DNA of 58,423 nt, counting the filler, from Bipalium vagum (Eukaryota): the NCBI GenBank assembly GCA_037834085.1. It is 3 parts of 3 records of this genome, joined end to end, with 100 filler letters (N's around TTAATTAATTAA, not from the genome) between each part and the next. Parts side by side here need not be neighbours in the genome. Positions count along the whole stretch, not along the records: positions 20,178 to 39,600 come from JBBMKC010003432.1; positions 39,701 to 58,423 come from JBBMKC010021412.1; 1 more part is not named here. One strand, given 5' to 3'. Below are positions 38,011 to 49,592 of this stretch, one piece after another. Each line of letters opens with the position of its first letter. The first letter of the stretch is position 1. The translations under genes were made by a program, and so were the position numbers. Under the pieces are notes generated by a model that worked only from the letters and a program-made list of their open reading frames with translations, was not told the DNA's origin and ran no database searches.

Positions 38011-39239
38011 AATAATAATAATAAATTTTAAAAACTGACTTTTATAGCTTGATAAGGTTCTAGATTAGTTTCCTTTCCGAATGAGAAGCAGGAGAGCAGA
38101 TCGATTTTCTTGTTGTTCCAGTGGGACTTTAAGGCAATTGGATCTAGCCTTTACAAACTTATTTGATAGTCTTTTCGTGTTATTTTACTCAAAAGGGAAT
38201 TCCTTTGATATTGATATTAATTAATATCGCTTTTGCCTGATAAAAAATCTTACGCTTTGATGGAGGGCCGCAGTTCCAAGACAGCTTTTAATTCTGAGCG
38301 CTGTGATTGATTGGTAATAGTTATATACATTATACTTCAAAGGCTGTAAAAGTCATTTTGACAAAAAACAAAAATTCATAAAAGAAAATCTAGTAAGTCC
38401 TATGAATACATCTTCTAGGAATTGTGTTTGGGTCCCTTTTGAATTTTTGAATGGGTGCTCTCGTAGACTCGGAGAGTCTTCATTAGACTCGAACAGAGGT
38501 CGATCAAAAGTAATTACGTTTTTATAAATAATCGCGATTGATTTTTAATAATGTTTTTTGTTATTCTACTTTATTGATTATGATTTTATTAAAATTTGCT
38601 ATTTTCTTGAGAGTCGTTCGAAGTCTTGTAAGATATATTGTGGTATTTTGGTGTAGTGATTTGAGATAGTTGAGTTTTGGCATTCGTGTATAAAGATTTT
38701 AATATTTTACGGCGTTGTTTGAGACATTTATTGATTAAACGCAGTTGTAATTATTGTACATATTGATTTATTTTAGATTCTATTGGTTTATTTTATTGCG
38801 TAAATTTTATTATTTATTACTGTAAAAAATCATAGAACTTTTGCAGTCAGATATTAATCAAATCTTGGATAATATTGTTGCGATATATAAAAAAAGAGGT
38901 CTTAGCACCCGCTTGACCCGTAAGCAATTTAAAACAGAGATTACAAAATAGACGGAACCATAACAAGCCAACCAATAGTTGATGGACAGTGATTCCTCAC
39001 AGCTCATAATTGACGTGTAAAAATTTATGAAATTTTGTGAATTTGCACAGAAATTCCTTGTTAAGCTTTTTTTCTTTTTCTAGAGGACTTCTTTATGTAA
39101 TTTTATAATTTATTAAAAATAATAATATTTAAATTATAATTTTAATCTTGTGAACATCATAAATTTATTTTTTAAATAGACCTATTTCAAAAATTTTGAA
39201 CAAATTTTTTCCAAAATGATTTTTTTTTAAAAAATGTAA

Positions 39240-39600
39240 GAACTAATTAATCTGAGAAAACATTGACCACCCACTGGCTTTTACTTTCTCCAGTTTGAAT
39301 ATTGGTCTCAGATTGCGGCATTATTATTACTAACGATTCGCATATCTTCCGTTCATCGTTATTATCAAAATTATTCATAATATTCGAAATTCTTCAGCGT
39401 TAAATTTGGCTTTTCGCACAACACAATTCAAAGAATGATCTGAAACATTACTCGTTCTGCTTAATTTCGAATGTTCGCTAATACGTGTTCTGAGGTGACA
39501 CTTTGTCTCCCCTATGTATAGGGTATTACACCCATGACATTTAAATTCATATACGATATTAGCTTTCAATATTGCAGGTGTTGGCGTTTTAATTTTTAAA
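39240..39600 (-). mobile_element. Penelope-like element, GIY-YIG endonuclease remnant
   Basis: NIVYEFKCHGCNTLYIGETKCHLRTRISEH...VSDH...RKICES, the typical PLE GIY-YIG with CxxC; cut by the contig end. Confidence 0.88.
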
Positions 39601-39700
39601 NNNNNNNNNNNNNNNNNNNNNNNNNNNNNNNNNNNNNNNNNNNNTTAATTAATTAANNNNNNNNNNNNNNNNNNNNNNNNNNNNNNNNNNNNNNNNNNNN
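39601..39700. other. Artificial contig-joining spacer (44N + TTAATTAATTAA + 44N)
   Basis: Same 100-nt structure as 20078-20177. Confidence 0.95.
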
Positions 39701-41524
39701 CCTTAGCATTAAGGAATCATTTATCATATTTTTTAAAGTAAAATATAAAGTGTCTAATTAATTTGACGTTGACTATATGTGGTCATTCGAGATTAGAGAC
39801 AAAATAACTTTGTTTTATTGATAAACAATTTTCTTCAAATTGGTTTTTTTCCTGGTCGGATAGTCGAAAAGGTGTCATTGTACCTTAGTACTCCCACAAT
39901 AGATTTGGAGTAAGACTGATTTCAAAGGGATTTTATAAATGATACCTGACCTGCGGGAAGGTGTCCATGAAATACTTTATGGTTACACGAATAGAGACAG
40001 ATTTCATCATAGTATGAAGAGTTGAATATCATGTCAATATTAATTTAGAGATCGATATTGGAAATGTCTGTTTCCTGGAGATTCTTCTAGACGATCATTG
40101 AAAAACGATATTGAACATTTCAAAAAATAAATTGAATAACATTGGTTTGGAAATCAGAATAAGTATAAATTTTGATCAATAATTTAATTACATGGAAATA
40201 GTATAAAATTGTATTTTAAATTAAACACAAACTGCACAATATAAAAATGAAAAATAATAAAATATTAGGATAAAAATTGTGAAACCTTTAAAAAATCTAA
40301 ATGTATGCAGTGTTTGTTATGTATTATAAATTAATATATTTTAATATATTAATATACTTTCTTTTGAGATAAAGCAGAAAAAAATTTAGATATTGGTAAT
40401 TTGTTTATGTGGATTAAAGGCATAATCATTCATTTAGATAATTTTAAAAATATTTTTTAAGCGATTTTGAAATGGAAGAAAAAATTTAAATTTTCTGTGG
40501 AATGCTAAATTTCAAAAGTGTTCAGGAATTGATCAGACAGTGATTCTCACTGCACCACCAAGTAGACAAACGATAAAATTTCGTTTAATTTTATCAGACG
40601 AAAATATTATGAACAATCAACAATTTTGTAATGCCTCATAATTTTAAGGAAGAAAATTTGGTAACTTCAAAGATTTATGTTACTGGCATAGATAATCGTA
40701 TTTCGCATTGGAAAAAAGGACTACTTCTAATGGTGATTACTTGTCTTAATAAAACATCTTTTAAATGGACTAATTATTAATTAGACTTAAGATTGATAAA
40801 ACGACATTTCATATTGGATAACACCATAGATTTTGTTCAATCAAATCTTTGTGAAGATTACCTTTATCAAATACTTTTAGATAATTATTTCATTATTAAA
40901 TAAACATTATTTTAATCATTAATATTATATTTTGATTTACATTTATGATTCTTCAGTCACCAATATTGATTAAAGTAATGTTTCATATGGTTACAATTTT
41001 ATAATCTTGCAGGTTATATTTCGTTAAGCCATCGTTATATATTTCGTAATTTCTTTTAATTTAATAAAACCTCTACAAAAGAAAACTGTTCAGATGCCTT
41101 CTGTTAAATGATAATAATCAATACATTGTGCCCTTGTACTGGGTTCTTTATCAATGGGTTCAACAATACCCCATTTCAATGGCTCTCTTCATTAATCATT
41201 TCCTATATATTTAAACTGAAATAATATAAAAAGAAAAAAATTTCTTGAAAAACTGTTTATATATTTTGTTTTAACTATTTGTTGGAAAACAAGTGCATTA
41301 AAACAAATGTATGTTACAACCTATTAACAAAAATAAAAAACCAGTTTAATTATTATGTCAATATTTTGTGTTTGACAAATAAATTCAGGGTTTAAAAAAT
41401 AAATTGGTGATTTCCGGGTTCGGAAATGTAAATACATTTTTGACTTTTTTGTTTATTCTCATTCATTTGTCGTTTTATATAAATACGTTACAAAAGAATT
41501 CAAGGGATGTTTTCTCTTATGGAA

Positions 41525-44500
41525 ATGATAAGATTACTTTTAATGTTTATCGTAACCATTGCTCGACCTTTGGCGTAAAAGATTTTTGTTAAGGTAACTT
41601 ATATTGTTTTTTGACAGTGCGAAATTGGGTGTTTTCGAAGTAGTTCTGGAAAATGAGAAACAAATGACGGATTTCCTAGACCTCTCGAAAGTTATACTAA
41701 AGGTTTTTGCTTATAAACAGGTACAAATATAATTAAAGTTTTTTTATAGTTGGATTTCTGGAGTTCTCCAACCATAAATTCGTCAGTCAGATTTTCAGCA
41801 CAGAGTGATCCTGAGTCTCTTAAACTATTAAGACGACATTTGAAAGAATTGAATTTGAAATTAAAAGTACTCAATGATAATTTGGACGGGTAAAATATGC
41901 AGGCTTTAAATAAATATTAAAAAAATCAATTATTTTATTAATAATCTTAAAATGAAAAGCGAGGTGGGAGCCAATAAAATTATGAATCTGAATAAAAAAT
42001 TTATAAATTCTATTTTGTATTTTATTCCATTCAAAATTCAGCTTGATACATAAAGAAATGAGAGACAACGAGGTACAAAGGGCCATATCAAAATTTAAAG
42101 CTTCTGGATCAGCTGGAATAGTTACGTACTTTGCTCCCTTCAATGAAGTATTAATAATAATAAAATCATTTAACAATCAATCGAATTATAAAACTAGTAT
42201 AACCAATGGTTGCAATCGCTTAAGAATTCTAATCCGAATTTTATCTCTTTGATAAGTATTGGTAAAACATATGAAGGAAGAAATATGAAGGTTTTAAAGG
42301 TTGGTAAATAATAAAATGAAAAGATGAGATGATTTTTGTTTAATTTTATTAGATCAGCACTGGTCAAAGAAAAGAGGCTATTTTCATAGACGGTGGTATT
42401 CACGCTAGAGAATGGCTTTCGATTTCCTCTGTTGTTTGGATTCTTAATCAGGTTAATTGAATTATATAATACTTAAGAGGGTGAATCAAAAATATCCCTG
42501 GAAAATTCAGTGTTCTTTGTGCAATGCTTTTGGCATCAATCTGGTAGAGACTCTCTACAATTCTATAAAAATTTTTAAAATGGATTGAACCGACCAAAGA
42601 ATTTACTATAAACTTGGACCGATATTCGTCTCATTCTTCAACGACTGATTTGACAGGCACTACATTTTCCTCAGTCATTGCTGCTGATGTTCGCACAGTT
42701 CGATGTTCATCTTTTATTTATTCTAGGCTTTCCTTGAATCTGCTTCCTCATTCAAAGACTATTGCTTTCTTTGGTGCTTCGTCTTGATAAACTTTTTCAA
42801 ATATTCGATAATTTCGATGTTTCCCATCCGAGTTTTGTTAAGAGTTTCATTATCACATAAAATACAAATTTTTCAGTTTTCATTTTCTAAAATGATTAAT
42901 TTAAACAAATATATCTTTATAATTAATTGATTTTTTAAAATATTTTACTCTGTTAGTTAGAAGTGTTATATATTTAATTTCTGTGCTCATTTTCGAAAAA
43001 GAAGGCATCATTCTGGGAAATTTTTTATTCACTCTCATATTTGATAGAAGAGCATTATCATAATTAATGTTTCTGTTTTAAATATTTTATAAATTGTATG
43101 ATCTATACAGTCTGTTCAAAAAGTATATTCTCACTTACAAAAGAATGAATAATTTTAACTATTGATTTATTCTTTTATTTTTTTATTTAAATCTATGTAT
43201 ATAACAAAAGTCGGAAGCTAATCTTATATTATATGATTGATTTTAATTTTTAAAATCGAATTTGTTTACTAAATAAAAAATCAAGTTGTTCAAAAAGTGT
43301 ATTCCCACTTACATTTAATACAAATAATTTATGAATTTCCTTTTATAAATCTATGTATCCACCATTTTCCAAGGCAGATTACCAAATCTCTTTGTCATGC
43401 CTTGGATAAGCTTTTGTAAAAGCTCACTACCAAGTTTATACCAAGCTTTTGATATTGCCTCTTTGAATTCAGAAATTTTGTGGAATTGTATATTTTCCGA
43501 ATATACACTCCTAACCAAAGCACCCCACTTATTTTACATTGGGTTAAGATCGTGAACTTTTGGTGCCTAATCTAATACGGTCATGTTATTTTCATTAAAC
43601 CATATTTTTGTTGCTCTAGAATCGTGGCATTTTGCTTATTTCTCCTATATTTGCTCCATTTGGCCGGAAAGGAATACCTAATAAATTCTGGTATTTGGAT
43701 GAGTCAAAATTGCCGGCAACAAAAATAATATAAGTGTACCCGTTAAATCTAAAAAGCAGCCCAAACCATAACCGAGCCTCCTCCATATTGCCTTTTTGAG
43801 ACCCACAGCGATTGCTTTCGCAGGTCGTTCCAATAGTTAGCCCAACCATTAGGACCATACAGGTTGAGTCTCTTTTCGTCACTAAAGAGTGTATACAACA
43901 TCTGGTCTTCCCATTTCTGATGATTTCAGCATCTTCCGGTTTTTAATGAAAGTATACTTGTGAACATAATTATAAATTGTAGTATTAGTCGCAGCAATAC
44001 TCAAAATAGCTTTTATATTCAATAATGATTTGCTTTGGTTACTGATTGTCCTAATTATCTATCTGTGTGTCCTTTCATCAATTGCCTTTGGTCTTCTCAT
44101 CTTCTTTGGAGGTTGATATTCTTGTTGTCTTTTTAAAAAAGCATTTACGGCTCGCTTTGTCCTTTCAAACTTTCTTCTAATCCAAACCGCAGATTTATCT
44201 TCTTCATGGAATGCTCTTATTGTGCCTTTTTCGTCTAATGTAAATAAAACACCTCTTGCCATATTTAAAATTTTAAAATTGCTGCTTATCGGTTACTATC
44301 ATAGTCAAATTTCGATAATTCAAAGTTTTGTTAATATATTAAGGTAATACATAAGTAATTTCAATTTTTTGTTTAAGTAGTTCAAAGTAATTTGTTTAGT
44401 TAATAAACAATTTGAATATATCGATTTATATATTAATTTCAAACCTTATAAATTTTCTACCATGATGTTAATTAATTTAAGTTATATAAGTGTAATACCA

Positions 44501-47500
44501 TATTTTATTTTAGCTGAAATAAACATGGAAAAAATCGAAATTCTTTTATTGGTTCGATATTATTGGAAGACACAATTAAAATTAGTGAAGCTGCCAGAAA
44601 ATATGCGAAGGTGTGGTCTCCATTCGCATAAACCAAATCTGGTTTAAAAAATTTAATAAAGGTGACAATGATCTATACGATCAACCACGTTCCAGTAGGC
44701 CAGTAACTATGAATCAAGAAGCGCTACACAATGTTGTTGAGATAAAATCATAGACTAGCACTCGAATATTGTCTGCTGATCTAGATATTTCCCAAGCAAC
44801 AGATGTCCGACACCTTAAACCAATCAGTAAGGTCAACAAATAATGTAGAGACGTACCTCTAAACCGAAAATCAGCGACGTATGGAAACGTGTAGAAAGCT
44901 GCTGGGAAAATCCGAGAGATGACAGTTTCATTAGACAAATTGTAACTTCTGAGGAAAAATAGATATATTTTAACAATCCTCACAAAAATATTAAGGGGTT
45001 GAACCCTGGGTATGTGTCAGAATCTGTTCCAAAAAGAGATCGACTCTCACAAAAGACATTATTGTGTTTTTAGTGGAATTTCGAAGACATGATCCACTTT
45101 GAATTGATTTCAAATAGTATATCACTGAACGCAGACATATATTGTGCTAAATTGGATCGAATGTTTCAAAATTAAAGCTGAAATATCCGGCATTGATTAA
45201 TCGAAAGTGGGTGGTCTTACAGCAAGATAATGCAAAATCATACACTACCAAGAAAACAATCGAAAAAATCAGAGAATGTGAATCTATTGAATTGTTACCA
45301 CGTCCAGCATACACTCCCGATCTTGTCCCATTGGATTACCACCTTTTTCGATCAATGGCACATTTTCTCCAAAGGCGTAGATTCAATAACTTGGGCGAGA
45401 TCAAAACGGCGTGCCAAGGACATGGAATGGTACCACCAAGGGATCCAACAACTAGCAGATAGATGGCTTAAAACTATTGATTCAAATGGCGTTTACTTTG
45501 AAAAATAATATAATTTTTTGTTTTTATTATTTTAAATAATAAACAAAATGACTTTTGAATCACCCTAATATTTAAAATAATTAGCAATAAAAAAGATTTC
45601 AAATTCAAAGTGGGACTTAATCAAAGTGAACACTTAATAATAAAAAATATATTAAAAATTCAAATTCTGTTTTTGATACAATTTTACTGATTTAAATTTT
45701 ACTGTTCTGGATTTGTAACTGCATAACATCATACTTCGTACCAAATTATTAAAAATTGAAACGGTTTTAATTTTACAATATTCAATCTTTCTAGTTGGAA
45801 TATACTTTTTGAACAGACTGTAATTATGAATTCTAGCAAAAAATGAAAAGTAACGTTTTAATATTATTTTCATTGCAAATATTCATCAAAGCAATATAAT
45901 GAAAAAAATAATGTTTTTGATAATATTCATAAATGTAACTTTATGATTTTTAACAAAAAATTTGAAAATCTATAAAATATTCTATATATTTTTGTTGAAA
46001 AGAGAAGTTAATATCAATGTTGATTTATCGATTTTTGTTTTATATTCTAAATAATAAAATAATATTATTAAGTATATTAATATAATGTATATGGAATAGA
46101 AGTTTTAAATGTGATATTATATTTCAATACCAAAAGAAGGTTCATAATATTTTCATTTCCTCAGTTGATCACCAATTATAAGGTCAATGATACAAATGTA
46201 AAGTTGATCTTAAACAGATTCGAAGTGTACGTGTTACCAGTTTTAAACCCAGATGGATATGAATACAGTAGAAAAGAGGTATCCGAATTTTTACTTTATT
46301 AACATAATTAACTTTACCATAATTATAATTAACTCTATTATCACAGAAAAATCGTTTGTGGCGCAAAAATGTTATGCCTGTGGGAAATGGTTGCCATGGT
46401 GTCGACCTTAACAGAAATTTCGATGTGGATTTTGGAAGTTTGTTTTCTCTAAGCTATTTCAAATTTTCCTTATTAAATTTAGACGTTGGCGTCGACTTCA
46501 ATCCTTGTTCATCTATATATCCTGGACGAGCGCCTTTCAGTGCACCGGAGTCCAGAAATTTAAGAAATTTTATATTGTCCATTAAACACAAACTTAAAAT
46601 ATACATATCCTTTCATGCATTTTCCCAGCTGGTACTGATACCGTGGGGATATACAGCACAAGCTCCACCTGATTCTGCTGAAATAGTGCTCCAGTATAAT
46701 CATATATCACATTTAATATTTCTTAGGAAAGAGTAGCAAACCTGATGGCTGGAGCCATTTATAAAACCAGCGGAAAGCAATATAAAGTTGGATCAGCTGC
46801 AAAAATTCTATGTTTGTGTTTTCGAATTATTATTACTCATTTTTTTAAAATTAAAGAGCCTGTATAAAATTAATTAATTTGTTTAAATTTGTAAATTATT
46901 CTAAATATTCTTAGAACATTTTTTACGAAATTGTTTATATTGTATATTTATGAAATAATTGAAATGCTAAAAAATGAGAAAGATTGATTTTTTTGTAAAA
47001 ATCGAATTTGAAGAATTTTATAATAGTTTGATAATATAAATAAATGTTTATATAAATATTTCTATTTCATCTAAAATCAATTTAGAAAATTTACAAGGTA
47101 ATAATTTTTGAAAATTTTAGAGGTCGAAAATTTAGAATATTTCTCTGGAGAAGTTTTTTATTTTTTATAATTTCAAAAAAGGAATTTTCATTTATTAATT
47201 AATATTTAACCAATTTATGTCATTTTTGTTATTATATAGAACAAAAAATTCAGGAAATATAATTCCCATCAACCATGTGAAATGTTTAATGCTTCATGTT
47301 GAAGTATAATTTGTCCATTGTATAAAATTCGAATATAATAAAAATTATTTATATTGAGTTTATTTTTTAAAAATTGATCAAAAATCCAATGTGAAATAAT
47401 TTAAGAATTGAGCATAATACTTTTTTTATAAAGACTTTATGATTATTATCATTTTTATTTTTGGTTAAATTTTCCATCAAGGATGAGAACTACTTTAGAT

Positions 47501-47918
47501 ATAATTTATGAAGGAGAAGAATAATTTCTGGAACAATAATTCAAGGTTATTGTACTAGAAATTACATATTGTTTAATTAAGTAATATAATAAAACGATAT
47601 TGGTTAGCTCTTGTTATATTAAGAGATAAATAATTAAAATTAAACTTTATTACGCAATTATAAGTAAAACTTTTAAGAGTAAATAAACAATTATTTATTT
47701 ATATTATTTATGTGAACATCATCAATTTTATTACAGATCCTTCGTCTGGAGGAAGTGATGATTGGGTGAAAAGTATTGGAGTTAAGTACTCTTATACCAT
47801 TGAAGTACGTCCACAGATCAATGACAGTTATGGGTTTTTGGCTCCAATTGAGTGGATAAAACCAACAGGTACAGAATTATACAATGCGTTCATCGTTGCA
47901 GCCAAATCCATTATATAA
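41525..47918 (+). CDS. Secreted zinc carboxypeptidase M14A (carboxypeptidase B-like) preproenzyme, 11 exons
   Basis: Exons 41525(or 41519)-41574, 41618-41702, 41750-41889, 42042-42147, 42198-42299, 42353-42451, 46165-46278, 46347-46437, 46483-46685, 46727-46811, 47737-47918. Signal peptide, propeptide LDFW, IHAREW, NPDGY, WRKN, DLNRNF, SFHAFSQ, YPSSGGSDDW (Asp255-type, basic-residue specificity), catalytic TIEVR. Confidence 0.93.
42476..43037 (-). mobile_element. Internally deleted mariner with both TIRs and TA flanks
   Basis: Left end AGAGGGTGAATCAAAAATATCCCTGGAA versus right-end reverse complement TGAGAGTGAATAAAAAATTTCCCAGAA; residual ...KDEHRTVRTS...TEENV coding trace. Confidence 0.75.
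43108..45820 (-). mobile_element. Tc3-like Tc1/mariner transposon with IR/DR-type ends, TA TSD and decayed transposase (~44262-43350)
   Basis: Perfect 23-bp TIR CAGTCTGTTCAAAAAGTATATTC at both ends with TA flanks; internal repeat at 43287-43313. Protein MARGVLFT...FSDEKRLNLYGPNG..YWNDLRK...GGGSVMVWAAF resembles Tc3 transposase. Confidence 0.92.
44339..45568 (+). mobile_element. Near full-length decayed mariner nested in the Tc3-like element
   Basis: Imperfect TIRs (18/24) with TA flanks; WFKKFNKGD..DQPRSSRP, LQQDNAKSY, PAYTPDLVPLDYHLFRSM, QQLADRWLKTIDSNGVYFEK*. Confidence 0.9.
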
Positions 47919-48619
47919 TTTCATTTCATTTTAAAAGAATTTCTGATGATATGAATTAAATGTTGAAGATAATGAGTTTTCCTTGACTAATTATAGTTTT
48001 AAAAGTGCTTTAAAAAATTTTCCTAAACAAGTTTAAAAGAAAAATTTCCAAAATTGAAAAAAGATTTTTGAACCAAGGTTAATGAGCCAAATAAGATTTC
48101 CTGGAGCTCTCTTCAAAAAATCGATTCTCTAATTATATGAAATTTGTAAGAAAAAGATTAAATTAAAATTTCCATTTTTTTAATAAATGGCAAAAAAATA
48201 TTTTCTCTTTTTTAAATATAAACAAACAAAAACGAAAGAAAAGAATTGAATAGCTTCCTGTAATCGATGTTGGAAAAAAACAAAATATAAAAACAATAAT
48301 TATGAATATTTTAAATTTATTATAAATTAATTATTAATACATTATTCTACTGAAGAACCTTTTTTAAAATTAGTTTAAAAAAATATGAGAAAAACCAAAA
48401 TTAACATTTATAAAATTTATGAAAAAAATATTTGAAAATAAAGAGATACATTTTAAATTAAAAATATATTTAAGCTTTTAAGGAATTCCCATTTTGTTTT
48501 TAATTTCCTATTCACTTTGATGGCTTCCCACATTTAGACGTTCCTTCTAAATCAGAAGTTTCAGCTATGAAATAAATAATTCATTTATAGAATTTCTTAT
48601 ACCAAAAGTATCTACAAAA

Positions 48620-49592
48620 ATTGATTTTAAAGTTTCATATTATCTTGAGCATATGGTAACATGATGTTTTTTAGAATATCTACATATATATGCTGGTGTC
48701 CATATTACCAGTAATCCTAAATATTAGGCCAACCCCTTAGTAGGAGAAACATTCCCTTGTGTTGATTTTGGCTGCCAATTCCGTTTTAGGTGGCATTAGT
48801 ACGTACTACCGAGAGCCAGAAGAACTAAAAAACAATGCTGGTCTCACCAGACCACAAAATATTGTGCCACTTAGTCAAAGGTGTTTTGAGAACTGTAATC
48901 TTTTATAAACATTTATTTTCTGTAACAAAGGCACTCTTCTAGGGCTTCGTGTTTTTAAATTTGCTTCTGTCAAACATCTCCGAATTGTTATAGGTCTGTC
49001 TTCTAAATTTAAGTCCTGTTTAATTTGTTTAAAATAATTCTTGAATTGGTTTTGGTCAAGCTAATTATATTACGATCATCTATAGCTGATGTAGCACGTT
49101 TCTTTACCACGGTTTTCACTGCCAGATTTCATAAATCGTCAGAAATCATTGTAGACGATCAGTTCATGATATTTTGTATTTCGACATACGTTTTCATTTC
49201 CTCAGGTATTTTTCTGATTAGAGACCACTCCGCTTCGGAGCCAAATTTACCACAACAAATTCTTATTCTTTTGTAATATCTTTTTTCAATAAAAATAATT
49301 TCATTTCAAATAACTTCAATTACCTTAACTGACAAATGTGTATATATAATCGGTGAATTAATCTAATGACGTATTTTAAAAGTAAATTACTGCTATTTTA
49401 TTGAAAAAGTTGAAATCTTTCTATTTCATATCACAGTGATATTATAAATTAAAATGATTAACTTCTGTTTTTATCATTAATCAAAACTGGAAAACATATT
49501 TAAAAAAATTATTGTTACTAAAGTTTTTACCATAAAAAATTTCAAGTTTTATAACTTTTGTATTAACACTACTATTTTAATGAACACCACTG
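48620..49592 (-). mobile_element. Tc1-like transposon remnant (5' two-thirds)
   Basis: Minus-strand TIR CAGTGGTGTTCATTAAAATAG with TA flank; ...RRVPLL...CFSY*GVGLIFRITGNMDTSIYVDILKNIMLPYA. Confidence 0.8.
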
